NCBI RefSeq assembly: GCF_006345805.1
Contig: NC_043006.1
Coordinates: 79,174,001 to 79,238,000, forward strand
Reading direction: 5' to 3'
Length of the DNA stretch: 64,000 bases
Source of the DNA: Octopus sinensis
Taxonomy: Eukaryota
Shown: positions 37,488 to 50,917 of the stretch, in pieces
Position numbering within the stretch: position 1 is the stretch's first letter
Layout: every line of letters begins with the position of its first letter
Made by a program: the position numbers and the translations under genes
The notes under the pieces: model-generated
The model's input: only the letters and a program-made list of their open reading frames with translations
Databases searched by the model: none
What the model was told of the DNA's origin: nothing

Positions 37488-38123
37488 CTAGCAGTATCGC
37501 CCGGCGTTGCTCGGGTTTGTAAGGGAAATAACTATATAAGCATTTTTAGAGAGTTATAGCCAAAAAATAGCAAAAAATGCATTAAAAATGGAAAAAATAT
37601 GATGGTAAATTTTTTTTAAATCGTTGACTCATCGTAGACATTTTTAGAGAGTTACTTCCCTTATATAATAGCGAAAAAATGCATTAAAAATGGAAAAAAA
37701 ACAATGGTAATTTTTTTTTAAATCGTAGACTCATGTAGACGCTTTCTTAGCCATTTCTGTTTTGGTGTCTTCAAGCCATGAAGTCGTTGTTCTAAAAGAA
37801 CACTGGTCTCCTTGACAACGCATTACGACGTTGATTTCCTTACACTCCCTTCCCCACAGGTGCAGGTGTGAGCGTAGACGCCAACTCCGCCGCCATCGAC
37901 ACACGAAAAATTATGCATTAAAATGGAATAAAAAATGATGTTAAATTATTTTTAAAATCGTAGACTCATCGTAGACGCGCGCTAATATTCAGACGGGCTC
38001 GATATGAATCACGACTATAAGCTACCCGAATTTGGTTAAACTGCACCGCAAAATGTGGGAGTAGTTAGGAATCTAAATCGAAGGGGACAGACACTCACAC
38101 AACTACAGTTTTATATATATAGA
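37488..38123 (-). mobile_element. Non-autonomous Helitron (left palindrome arm)
   Basis: A|TC 5' end (TCTATATATATAAAACTG), GC hairpin cccgagcaacgccggg, CTAG|T 3' end. Confidence 0.8.
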
Positions 38124-38173
38124 TATACATAGCGCAGTAGTGGTGAGATGTGACAGCAAAGAAAAGCATACAT

Positions 38174-38557
38174 TCACTCTCTGCATGCAATTAGACTCGG
38201 AAAGTTCGTGAGGAACCCATTGACCCAATTTGCTGACTTTTCCGATAGCACACAGGTCTCAATGATGGTTGAATGACCAAATCCAAGCTTCTCTGCTAGT
38301 TCCTCAACAGTTACGATGATATTTTGTTCCACCAGGGTTTTCAGGATGTCCTTGTCGAGTTCTACAGATCTTTCAGGATGAGGCTCGTCTTCTAGGCTGT
38401 AGTTTATGGCTAGGGATTTCTGGAACCACCATTGACACTGCCTTACGCTTATTGTCCAATCCCCATATACTGCATTAATATTTCTTGTACTTTGCACACA
38501 TTTATATTCTGTTATTCTTTTATATGTTTCAGCCTTGAGGTTGTGGTCATGCTGGAT

Positions 38558-38560
<3 letters not shown>
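38174..38560 (-). mobile_element. Mariner transposase N-terminal fragment (left palindrome arm)
   Basis: CQWWFQK...LEDEPHPERSVELD...VEELAEKLGFGHST (HTH region). Confidence 0.8.
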
Positions 38561-38593
<33 letters not shown>

Positions 38594-39837
38594 TATCTGT
38601 CTGTCTGTCTGTATGTATATATGTATATGTATGTGATTGAACAATAATATTTTCAACAGATGTGTTGCAAATGTATCTGATTGTTCTCAAGCTTCAATAC
38701 TGTGTGTGCGTGTATGTGTGTGTATGTATGTATGTATATGTATGTATGTATGTATATGTATGTATGTATGTATGTGTGTATGTATGTATGTGTGTGTGTA
38801 TGTATGTGTGTGTGTATGTGTGTGTATGTATGTATGTATGTATGTATGTATGTATGTATGTATGTATGTATGTATGTATGTATGTATGTATGAGTGTATG
38901 TTTACTTTATTACTAACACAAGCCACTACGGTTATTTAATGTAAAGTTTTCCTCAAATCACTCTCTCTCTCTCGCTATTTACTCTCTTCCAAGAACATTT
39001 TCACTCACTCTTAGCTCTTAGCTTCCCATACATTTTACTCATGTATCTATCAGCGTCATAGACAGAATACTTTCAGTTTAGCCTTCCTCAAATCACTCTG
39101 TCGCTATTTACTTTCATTTTATTCGTTGCCCACTGTGTGTGTGCGTTTGCGTGTGGTGTAAACCAGACTAAGAAAAGCATTTGACACACACACCAGAATG
39201 TGAGTTTTCTGTAAATTTTGCTTAATTGGAGTTTAAATTTTAAAAACTGGACCTGGCATGACGCGATGCATTGTACTCTTAAAAATGCTAGGTAAATTGT
39301 AATTGAAGAAATCCTATATTGTAGATTTGTATAACTCCCAAGGGGAGGCAGATAAAATCTGCCTTTTATAATCTCTTATTATCTAAGAGCTAAGAGCTAA
39401 GAGCTAAGAGTGAGTGAAAATGTTCTTGGAAGAGAGTAAATAGCGAGAGAGAGAGAGTGATTTGAGGAAAACTTTACATTAAATAACCGTAGTGGCTTGT
39501 GTTAGTAATAAAGTAAACATACACTCATACATAACATACATACATACATACATACATACATACACACACACATACACACACACATACATACACACACACA
39601 TACATACATACATACACACATACATACATACATACATATACATACATACATATACATACATACATACACACACATACACACACACACACAGTATTGAAGC
39701 TTGAGAACAATCAGATACATTTGCAACACATCTGTTGAAAATATTATTGTTCAATCACATACATATACATATATACATACAGACAGACAGACAGATAGAC
39801 ACACACACACACACCACACACCACACACACACACACA

Positions 39838-40225
39838 CATGATCCAGCATGACCACAACCTCAAGGCTGAAACATATAAAAGAATAACAGAATATAAATG
39901 TGTGCAAAGTACAAGAAATATTAATGCAGTATATGGGGATTGGACAATAAGCGTAAGGCAGTGTCAATGGTGGTTCCAGAAATCCCTAGCCATAAACTAC
40001 AGCCTAGAAGACGAGCCTCATCCTGAAAGATCTGTAGAACTCGACAAGGACATCCTGAAAACCCTGGTGGAACAAAATATCATCGTAACTGTTGAGGAAC
40101 TAGCAGAGAAGCTTGGATTTGGTCATTCAACCATTCATTGAGACCTGTGTGCTATCGGAAAAGTCAGCAAATTGGGTCAATGGTTCCTCACGAACTTTCC
40201 GAGTCTAATTGCATGCAGAGAGTGA
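39838..40225 (+). mobile_element. Mariner transposase N-terminal fragment (right palindrome arm)
   Basis: Reverse-complement copy of 38174-38560. Confidence 0.8.
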
Positions 40226-40275
40226 ATGTATGCTTTTCTTTGCTGTCACATCTCACCACTACTGCGCTATGTATA

Positions 40276-40888
40276 TCTATATATATAAAACTGTAGTTGT
40301 GTGAGTGTCTGTCCCCTTCGATTTAGATTCCTAACTACTCCCACATTTTGCGGTGCAGTTTAACCAAATTCGGGTAGCTTATAGTCGTGATTCATATCGA
40401 GCCCGTCTGAATATTAGCGCGCGTCTACGATGAGTCTACGATTTTAAAAATAATTTAACATCATTTTTATTCCATTTTAATGCATAATTTTTCGTGTGTC
40501 GATGGCGGCGGAGTTGGCGTCTACGCTCACACCTGCACCTGTGGGGAAGGGAGTGTAAGGAAATCAACGTCGTAATGCGTTGTCAAGGAGACCAGTGTTC
40601 TTTTAGAACAACGACTTCATGGCTTGAAGACACCAAAACAGAAATGGCTAAGAAAGCGTCTACATGAGTCTACGATTTTAAAAAAAATTTACCATCGTTT
40701 TTTTTCCATTTTAATGCATTTTTTCGCTATTATATAAGGGAAGTAACTCTCTAAAAATGTCTACGATGAGTCAACGATTTAAAAAAAAATTTACCATCAT
40801 TTTTTTGCTTTTTTTGGCTATAACTCTCTAAAAATGCTTATATAGTTATTTCCCTTACAAACCCGAGCAACGCCGGGCGATACTGCTA

Positions 40889-40889
<1 letters not shown>
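40276..40889 (+). mobile_element. Non-autonomous Helitron (right palindrome arm)
   Basis: A|TC at 40275/40276, hairpin at 40862-40877, CTAG|T at 40886-40890. Confidence 0.8.
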
Positions 40890-40929
<40 letters not shown>

Positions 40930-41530
40930 CAGGATGCAGTGAATAAACTGTCGTCTAAATTACACAAAAATGAAAATAACACTGACATTCATTTTAACAG
41001 ATATATTTACCAAAATTACATTAAAAATATCCTGAAATACTAAAGTGTAAATTTATTCAATCAAATCGCCATTGGCTTCAACCACAGCCGCCAGACGACT
41101 CCAGAATCTCCTGCAACTCTTCTGGACGGTCTCCTTTTTATAAGTTGGTAAATGCTGCTATAATTCTGGCCTTCAGTTCATTTTTGGTGTTACATAGAGT
41201 TTTGTTGCTCTCTCGCTCAACTGTGCCCCACACATAATACCCATGGGGGTTACAGCCTGGGGAGTTAAGTGACCAGATGTTAGGGGTAATGTGGTTGCAG
41301 AAATTGTCTGACAGCCATGACTGTGTTCTCCAGCTTGTGTGGCATGGTGCAGAGTCCTGTTGCCAGATATAGGGTCTTCCAGCATCCACCCTGTTCACCC
41401 GGGGCAGCGCTACGTCGATTCAGGCACTTGATGTAAGCCTCCGTGTTGAATGTGAGGCCGTTTGGAAGATGAATGGAGGCATAACGTCGCCATCACTAGT
41501 GATCACTCCAAAGAACATGATGTCGACTGG
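40930..41530 (-). mobile_element. Tc1/mariner-superfamily fragment, maT/DD37D-like
   Basis: GDVMPPFIF..GL..NTEAYIKCL, WQQDSAPCH, and WSLNSPGCNPHGYYVWG (degenerate WPPNSPDLNPLDYxVWG). TA|CAG terminus at 40930. Confidence 0.75.
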
Positions 41531-41803
41531 ATATTTGATTTTTATCACTCTCGGTTCATGTCCTCAGATTGACACACAAACGCTCTGAAATGTTCGTATT
41601 TGAGCTTCCAGCACGAATGTCAAGCAGTACACCATGTAGTTTCCAAATCTCTGGCACAGTGAATCACATCATGGTGCTGTTTTTCTCACAGACGGTGCCC
41701 AACTGACCCTACTTTACTGTGTAGTCGACAAAACAAACAATGCGCAAAATTAAATATATATTATGGCGACAATTTACCCATCGCACCTGTGTATAAATAT
41801 GTG

Positions 41804-41839
<36 letters not shown>

Positions 41840-42153
41840 GTTGGAATTTACAAAACAAAAACAAAAAAACAAAAGACGAAGACGGGTGTGTAAACAACAA
41901 ACAGATGTATTAGGAAGATGCATAGTTCAGTGATTAGAGCGTCGGGCTCGCAAATGCGAGTTCGATTTCTGGATTGGGCTGTGCATTGTTGTTTTTGAGC
42001 AAGATACTTTATTTCAGGTTGCTCCATTTCACTCATCTGTAGAAATAAGTAACGATGTCATTGGTGCCAAACTGTATCGGTCTTTGCCTTTCCCTTGTAT
42101 AACATCGGTGGCGTAGAAAGGTGCGACCAGTTTGTTCCACAAACACAAAAAAA

Positions 42154-42740
42154 GGTGGCGAGCTGGCAGAAACGTTAGCACGCCGGGCGAAATGCTTAGC
42201 GGTATTCCGTCTGCCGTTACGTTCTGAGTTCAAATTCCGCCGAGGTTGACTTTGCCTTTCATCCTTTCGGAGTCGATAAATTAAGTACCAGTTACACACT
42301 GGTGTCGATATAATCGACTTAATCCGTTTGTCTGTCCTTGTTTGTCTTCTCTGTGTTTAGCCCCTTGTGGGTAGTAAAGAAATAGGTATTTCGTCTGCCG
42401 CTACGTTGAGTTCAAATTCCGCTGAGGTCGACTTTGCCTTTCATCCTTTCGGGGTCGATTAAATAAGTACCAGTTACGCACTGGGATCGATATAATCGAC
42501 TTAATCCGTTTGTCTGTCCCCTCTGTGTTTAGCCGCTTGTTGGTAATAAAGAAATAGGTATTTCGTCTGCCGTTACGTTCTGAGTTCAAATTCCGCCGAG
42601 GTCGACTTTGCCTTTCATCCTTTCGGGGTCGATGAATTAAGTACCAGTTACGCACTGGAGTCGATGTAATCGACTTAATCCATTTGTCTGTCCTTGTTTG
42701 TCCTCTCTGTGTTTAACCCCTTGTAGGCAATAAAGAAATA
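42154..42740 (+). mobile_element. SINE family B trimer
   Basis: Unit junctions at 42385/42386 and 42557/42558. Confidence 0.9.
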
Positions 42741-43093
42741 AGAAACGGTTTGTTCGAAAGAGGAGAGTGAAAGAGGGACACACAAACAGAGAGAGTAGGG
42801 GAGAATCGATCGTATTACTTTCACCACAAGGCGAAAGAAGTAGACATCAGAAGGATTTATTTGAACTTAATCGAACATACTGCAAGATATTTTCTACCAA
42901 TATTTTCCGTCCAATTAACTGTTAAAAGGAAAAATTAGTAAACAGAGGTGGCTATATAGTATGAGGATTGCTTCCCAATCACGGTTCTGGTTTCAGTCCC
43001 ACTGCGTGGCACCTTGGGCAGGTGCCTTCTACTATAGCCTCAGGCCAAAGCCTTGTGAATGGATTCGATAAACAGAAACCGAAAAGAAGCCTC

Positions 43094-43125
<32 letters not shown>

Positions 43126-44936
43126 CTCACCACTACTTGACAACCGATGTTAGTGTGCTTACGTCCCCGTAATTTAGCGGTTCGGCAAAACACCCAGATA
43201 GAATAAGTATCAGTCATAAAAAAAAATAAGTAGTGGAGTTGATTCATTCGACTAAAAAGAATTCTTCAAGGCGGTGCCCCAGCATGACCACGATCTAAGT
43301 AAAAGATTAAAAAATAGTAAAAAAAAAACAGTAGATTCAACGTTGCGGTTGTAAATTAAAGAGGGCAATAAATATTAAAAGTGTTTCCGTAGGTGTGGCT
43401 GTATGGTTAGATGCTTGCCTCCCAAGCACATGGTTCCGGGTTCAATCTCACTGCGTGGCACTGTGGGCAATTGTCTTCTACTATAGCCTCGGGCCGACCA
43501 AAGCCTTGTGAGTGGATTTGGCAGACGGAAACTGAAAGAAGCCTGCCGTATGTGTGTGTGTGTGTGTCCTTGCATTGTCCCTCCACACCACCATCGACTA
43601 ACAACCGATGTTGGTGTGTTTACGTCGTCGTAACTTAGCAGTTCGGCAAAAGAAAGCGATAGAAGTACTAGGTTTACAAAGAATAAGTCCTAGGATCGAT
43701 TTATTCGACTAAAATCCTTTAAGGCAGTGCTCCAGCATGGCCGCAGTTAGGTGCCTGAAAGAAGTAAAAGAAAAAAAAGAAAAGAATTACCTTCATTCAT
43801 TTTTACGAACCGATGTTGTTTCAAAGCCTATGTAGATGACAAGAGATTAGAGTTACTTCCCTTTATATTTCTAAGCTGAAAGTTGTCTAACAAGATTTCG
43901 CGAGTGTGTCAGAATCTTTTTTTTGATTTTCTTGAAGCACTGATGATCAAACGAAAAATTTCCTGATACATTTGGCATTTGAAAGTTAAAAGAAAACAAC
44001 GTTTTGAAGTAAAATACTTTAGCAAAAAAATATAATATAGAAAATTTACCTTCAAGATCGTTGGAATTTGCTTGAAGCATTTATGGTAAGTAGAATAATA
44101 AATATTTGAAGACAGGGAGCTTCTAACAATGTGAAAAGGAAAAGATTAGTAACCTTTATATATTTTAAGCACAAGGAATCATCATCAGAGGTGAACAGAG
44201 ACCGGATCTGCAAAGACACATATTTTCCATTTTTTTTTCATTCGTTTTTTTTTTGTTTTTTTTTTTCGCTCTGCATCTTTAATTATTTTCTTTTTCTTCA
44301 GTTTACCTCGTTTTATTAATTTATACCATTTCATTTTCGCGCACCAGATCACTTTTTCTTTCTTCTTTTTTTTTGTTTTTTTTTTTTTTGTTTTTCGTCT
44401 TAAATTTCAACACAGATGTAGATTTCCATGCTAATTAAAGGAAATCATAATCATTTTGGGAAGAAATTAAAAATAAAAAGTTAACGAACTTTTAAATACC
44501 TATTTTTAATATTTTGGCAGTTCAGCCAATCAGATGTGACAACTTTAGATAAGTTGGAAGTTGGAATTGTCAGGGTCACTTACCATCCTTAAATTATATT
44601 TTTTAAAATTTGTGGTACCCTAATAGGAATTTTTTTTTTTTTCATTTTCACCAAAATATTTTTTATCAAATTGGCATTGATGTAGTTTTGCATTCCTCAT
44701 GATAAAAATCCTATTATTTTCTCTAGAAATTTGAATAAAAAGTTACAAGCTTTTAATATTATGTAATTTAACCAACCAGAAGCCTCCATTGTTGACATAC
44801 TGGAAGTTGCAATTGTTTCCATGAGAACAGTAATCCATCTAACCATCAACTCTGTCCACTACTCTTAGAATGATCGTTGGGATAGATAAAGTTCTCAGGC
44901 TGCACCTCCATAGGGTCCTATCAGAAGCAACCATCA

Positions 44937-45045
44937 TTAGACATTCAGGCAGGATTCCCAAGCATGACCAACCAAAATGACTTGGTCTAACCCTAGGTTT
45001 CCTGCCAGTTGGCTCAGCTTGAAGAATCCATCTTGAGATTCATTC
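44937..45045 (-). CDS. Possible terminal coding exon of an unidentified minus-strand gene (NESQDGFFKLSQLAGNLGLDQVILVGHAWESCLNV*)
   Basis: ttttttCAG acceptor followed by 35 open codons and TAA in a locally GC-richer unique stretch. No upstream exon or homology recognised. Confidence 0.2.
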
Positions 45046-46119
45046 CTGAAAAAATTCTAATAACATAGGCGCAGGAGTGGCTGTGTGGTAAGTAGCTTGC
45101 TTAACAACCACATGGTTCCGGGTTCAGTCCCACTGCGTGGCACTTTGGGCAAGTGTCTTCTACTGTAGCCTCGGGGCGACCAAAGCCTTGTGAGTGGATT
45201 TGGTAGACAGAAACTGAAAGAAGCCCGTCGTGTATATGTATATATATATATATGTGTGTGTGTGTGTTTGTGTGTCTGTGTTTGTCCCCCCCAACATTGC
45301 TTGAGAACTGACGCTGGTGTGTGGTGTGTTTATGTCCCCGTAACTTAGCAGTTCGGCAAAAGTGACTGATAGAATAAGTACTAGGCTTACAAAGAATAAG
45401 TCCTGGGGTCGATTTGTTTGACTAAGAGGTGGTGCTCCAGCATGGCCACAGTCAATGACTGAAACAAGTAAAAGAGTAAAGAGTATGTCTAGTGCCAGAT
45501 CTGTGATCTCTCAACACTCCATAACTCATACAAACTACAGAATAAAAAAAAAATGACAAGAAAGCAAAAAACAACAAAAACTACATTTATTTTTGATAAA
45601 ACTTTAATGGACAGCTTTTAAAAATTCAATATTTATGAATGACTTTGATTTTTGTTTGTTTTTATTATTTTTTCAGTTTTTGCTTTATGATTTGATTTTT
45701 TTTTTTTAATATTATATTTCATTTTTTTAATGTTTTTTTTTTCTGCTTTGGAGTCAAAGAAAGTCTTATTATTGTTTGTTTCCCTTATTTTCAATTTAAA
45801 AAAAAAAATTATTAAAAAAAACAACAACAACAAAAATAAAGCCAAGAAAGTAATCAGAAACGGTGAAATATAAACATTAAGAAATAAACAACAAACAATA
45901 TTTTATTTTGGAGGGGAGGGGATGTTTTGTTTTGTTTTGTTTTGGGGGTTTTTTTTTTTTTTTTTTTGGTTTTTCCAGTACAAAAAAAAAATGTTAATGT
46001 TTAACGGGAAGTCAAGAGTTTTAAATTGGCACGAATAGATCTGTCATGAGAAATGCTCTTTGTTTAAAAAAAAAAAAAAAAAAGATTTTTTTATTTTAAA
46101 TAAAAATAATAATTGCTTC

Positions 46120-48121
46120 TTAACATAAGCACAGGGCCAAAGATTTGGAGGGAAGGGGGGAAATAAGATGAATATATCAACTCCCAGTACATGACTGGTA
46201 CAATACTTTATCGACCCCAGAGGGACTGAAAGGCAAAACTGACTTCAGTGGAATTTGAAGCCAAGACACAAAGATGGATGAAATGCAGCTAAGCACTTTG
46301 TTCGACATGTTAATGATTTTGCCAGCTCACCACCTTAATAATAATAATAATAATAATAAAAATAATAATAATGATAATGATAACAATGATAACGATAATG
46401 ATGATAATAGTAATAATATTCTTTTCTACTGAAGGCGCAAGGCCTGAAATTTGGGGGGGAAGGGACTAGTCAATTACATAGACCCCAGTGTTTCACTGGT
46501 ATTTAATTTATTGACCCTGAAAGGATGAAAGACAAAGTCAATCTCAATGGAATCTTAACTCAGAACATGAAGAGGGATGTAATACTTATTTCCTTATTAC
46601 CCACAAGGGGCCAAACATAGAGGGGACAAACAAAGACAGACATAGGTATTAAGTCGATTACATTGACCCCAGTGCGTAACTGGTACTTAATTTATCGACC
46701 CCAAAAGGATGAAAGGCAAAGTCGACCTCGGCGGAATTTGAACTCAGAACGTAACGGCAGACGAAATACTGCTAAGCATTTCGCCCGACGTGCTAACGTT
46801 TCTGCCAGCTCGCCACCTAAAAAGAGGGATGTAATACTGCTAAGCACTTTGCCTGGAATGCTAACGATTCCGCCAGCTCACTGCCTTTCATAATAATAAT
46901 AATAATGATGATGATGATAATGTTAATCATTTCTGCTATAGGTACAAGGCCTGAAATTTTGAGGGGAGGGGGCCAGTCAATTACATCAACCCCAGTGTTC
47001 ATCTGGTACTGATTTTATCAGCCCCAAAAGGATAAAAGGCAAAGTCAACCTCAGCAGAATTTGAACTCAGAACGTAAAGACAGATGAAATGCCGCTAAGC
47101 ATTTCGTCCGGCATGCTAACGATTCAGCCAGCTCGCCACCTTAATAATAAAGGACAACAATAACAACAACAACAGAGAAAACAGCACCAGGTGGGAAAAA
47201 AAGAACAATAAATGAAAGAAATGGTAATAACAATAAGAAGTTTTTCTACTATAGGCACAAGGCCTGAATTTCCAGGTCACCGGAGAAGTCAATTATGTTG
47301 ACCCCCAATGCTCAAGTGATACTTATTTTATCGAACTCCAAAAGGATGACAGGCAAAGTCAACCTTGACAAAATATGAACTCAGAATAATAATAATAATA
47401 ATAAAAATAATACATTTTGATTTTTATTTTACATATCATGGCAAAGTAATTAAGAGGAAACGGGACTGACAGGGAGTTGAAAATGTGTCTATAGAGAACA
47501 AAATTCCAAAACAAAAAGGATCTGTTTTTTTTAACCATAGGCACAAGGCCATAATCTCTCTCTTTCTCTCTCACACACATGGGCAGTCGGAAAAAGTAAA
47601 TACTTTATTAAACTGACCCCTTTCTGCACCAAAAATCACACACACATGCATTAATTTTGATTCATACTTTTTTTATCAATGATAATAGTGCCAAAGTAAA
47701 GCCCCAACACCCAGCAGGACTTGAACATGAAAATTAGAAGGACGGAACTAAAATATGTTGCAAGACAATTCCTTTCTTTCTTTATAGTCGAACACTAATA
47801 ATCCTGGTCATAAATGATAACAAGAACAACAGACCAGAATATTGTGAAGACAGAGGATGAGAAAGTCAGAAAGTACCAAGACCTAGGATTGGAAGTGAAA
47901 GAATCAATAGAGTTTCACAAGGGAGTGTGGTACCTGCTGTGATCGGTGCCCTTGGGATCAACTCAAAAAGAGTAATATTCTAGCATCGAAAGCTGCAAAT
48001 ACCAGAATTTCATAGGAAGTATTCAGTTGGCAGCAATACTTAGAACAGTTCATGTGTTGAGGAACATGTTGCCTCTAAGCTGTGGAATAAAACTGAGATG
48101 TGACATAGGTAAATCAGAAGC

Positions 48122-48171
<50 letters not shown>

Positions 48172-48402
48172 GTCCTTTCTACTACAGGCACAAGGCCTGA
48201 AATTTGGGTGAGAGACTCAGTCAATTAGATCGACCCCAATATGCAACCGGTACTTAATTTATCGACCCCGAAAGGGATGAAAGGTAAAGTTGACCTCTGC
48301 AGAATTTGATCTCAAAATGTAAAGATGGACGAAATACCATTAAGTATTTCGCCCGGCATGCTAACGATTCTGCCAGCTCACTGCCTTAACAACAACAACA
48401 AC

Positions 48403-48439
<37 letters not shown>

Positions 48440-48500
48440 GTTTCAAATTTTTCCGCAACAGTAGCAATTTTGAGAGAGGGGATGAGTCAATTACATCGAC
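46120..48500 (-). mobile_element. Train of family B SINEs separated by (TAA)n, with a nested insertion
   Basis: Several copies. A young copy at about 46587-46820 is flanked by the 16-bp TSD agagggatgtaatact inside an older copy. Confidence 0.85.
47790..48121 (+). mobile_element. Degenerate RLE retrotransposon 3' end followed by (AAT)n
   Basis: EKVRKYQDLGLEV...VIGALG...LRTVHVLR-like translation, then (AAT)n at 48122-48170. Confidence 0.6.
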
Positions 48501-48525
48501 CCCAATATTGTGCTTTCACTTCACT

Positions 48526-48705
48526 ACCGAGCGCAGCTCTGTGTGCCTTGGGTATGTGCTGTGGTTTGTTGTGATGCTCTTATGGTTACTGTATTGAGAG
48601 TGTTTTGCATAGGATGTGTGCAGTGCCCAGTAGTGCAATTTTCTGTATGTTATATATATTTGTAAGTCCTGGTGTTTTTGTTATGTATTTGTCTGAATAT
48701 TTTAT
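48526..48705 (-). mobile_element. Short 3' fragment of the 16068-16757 R4/Dong-like family
   Basis: Near-identical to 16088-16280 (gtgctttcacttcactaccgagcgcagctctg...). 5' end abuts (ATT)n. Confidence 0.85.
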
Positions 48706-50209
48706 TATTATTATTATTATTATTATATAGTGAAGATACATGGCCTCATGGTTTGGGTGTTACACTCAGGATCACCAGATCATGGGTTTGAGTCCCAGAC
48801 TGAGCAGCACATTATGTTCTTCAGCAAAAACACTTCATTTTGCATCGCTCTGCAATCATTTCAACATCTGGCACAGTTGCACACCTATACAGGTAAACAT
48901 TGATTTGATGGAGGGAATGAGCTTGTGTGAACACACACATTTGATCACTATAAACAAATGATTTAGGCAGGTAATTCAGCAAAAACTGAACACTTGTACA
49001 TCGTCATTAATGGGAAAATCCATTATTATTATTATTATTATTATTATTATCATTATTATCATTATCATTAGCATTATTATTATTATTATTATAAGAGTAA
49101 GGAAGACAAAAATCAACCTGGGTTTAAAAGGATGTAACCAGAATTTCAAAGAATCTAAAGTGAGTAATAAAAGGTATTTTTGTGAGACCCAAAATACTGA
49201 TTCTGCCATCCCATAATATCAACAAGTCACCATCATCATCATCATCATCGTCTTCGCCATTGTCATCATCATCATCATCACCACCATCTGCTATTCCAAG
49301 CTGGCACTGATTGGACAGTTTTTTTTTTTTTTGTTTGTTTCTAAGGCATACACCAGATGCTCTTCCTGTTGCCAACACTTATTTACCTCTTTCAACATGC
49401 AGGGAGGCTTAACCCATAAACTAGTTTTAATATCACTAACCTAACACTTAGAGTGCCCTCAGGAGATCCTAATTCTGTTGCAAGCATTTGGATGAGGCCC
49501 CCAGTTTGAAGAATAATTCCCCCCTCCCTCTCTCACACTAGTCTTGAGAATCTTGTAAAGAGCCATGAACAATACCTTACCTCCACATTAAAAGATTAAA
49601 AGAAGACAGAAAAAGATACCCGTGGGGCTATTTGCATCTTCTGCAGTGGGTGCTCTAAGTGCAAATGGGTAATTGGATAACAAATCCACAAGAGTTCTTC
49701 AGAGGAACAATTTAGTACATTATGCTGACACAGATAGAGCTCTGAATTCACCAGGAACAGCCATACACCTAACTGCACTCAAAGGGAATAGTGTATGTGT
49801 GTATGTATGTATGTATGTGTGTATATATATATATATAGATAGATAGATAGATATATAAATACATATATATATATAAACATATATATCTAAATACATACAT
49901 ATATATACACACATACATGTACATATATATATATGCATACACACACACATATATATATATACACACATACACACATACATACAAATATATATATATAAAT
50001 ATATACATGTATATACATATATATATACATACACACATGTATATACCCACATACGTACATATATATACATACACATATATATATACATACGCATATATAT
50101 ATATATACACACACACACACATATGCATATATATATATATACACACACAATATTAATAATAAGGATTACAATGAAGTTGCATAGCATTACCTTTAATTCT
50201 TTAATTTAC

Positions 50210-50241
<32 letters not shown>

Positions 50242-50361
50242 TTTGTTATATTTCGGAATGGTCATTTTGCCAGTTTAGCCAATAAAAACACACGCACTAT
50301 ATATTTGGTGTTATTTTGCTTCAGTGTTATTTATTTTTTACATTAATCTTAATCTTATTTC

Positions 50362-50406
50362 GGCCAGAGTTCTTTCGTCACACACCTGTGACCGCATCAG
50401 TGGTCC
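50362..50406 (-). ncRNA. Hammerhead-like motif with non-canonical core (copy in left arm)
   Basis: Same motif on the minus strand with loop GGTG. Confidence 0.4.
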
Positions 50407-50748
50407 TTTGTTTTCTTCTTTCTTATTTGTGTCTCTCCTTACTAACCATCAGCCATTTTGTATTTCTATTGTATGTCTTCATTTGCGCATGCTTATATCT
50501 CTATGTGCGTTTATGTTTATTTAGTGTGTGTATGTGGGGGATGCCTGTAATATTTGTATCTTCTGTTTATATATGTTCATGTAATTTGTAATTTTATATG
50601 TTCATGTAATTTGTATGTTGTTTGTTGTTTTTGTTTATTCTTATTTTGTTCATGTGTTTACATCCACCTATTATTATCATTACATATGATTGTATGTATG
50701 TATGTATAACAACAATACTAGTAATATTAATAATAAATTGAATCGAAA

Positions 50749-50797
<49 letters not shown>

Positions 50798-50872
50798 CAT
50801 ATATATACATATATATATACATATGGCTGATGGTTAGTAAGAAGAGACACAAATAAGAAAGAAGAAAACAAA

Positions 50873-50917
50873 GGACCACTGATGCGGTCACAGGAGTGTG
50901 ACGAAAGAACTCTGGCC
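50873..50917 (+). ncRNA. Hammerhead-like motif with non-canonical core (copy in right arm)
   Basis: GGACCA-CTGATGCG-GTCACA(GGAG)TGTGAC-GAAA-GAACTC-TGGCC. Core reads CUGAUGCG instead of CUGANGA. Confidence 0.4.

Larger units (their letters stand above)
37486..40891. repeat. 3.4-kb palindrome: arms 37486-39023 and 39395-40891, spacer 371 bp
   Basis: Arms are reverse complements over about 1.5 kb. They differ mainly in microsatellite lengths and one ~20-nt indel. Confidence 0.95.

Noticed and set aside
44937-45045. GLDQVILVGHAWESCL resembling the isochorismatase G-x5-C motif
   Set aside because: The frame stops two codons later whereas that fold continues, so this is likely coincidence. Kept only as a low-confidence exon.
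49581-49768. Possible minus-strand exon ending in a strong GAG|GTAAGG donor
   Set aside because: All three frames contain stops and the acceptor is weak.
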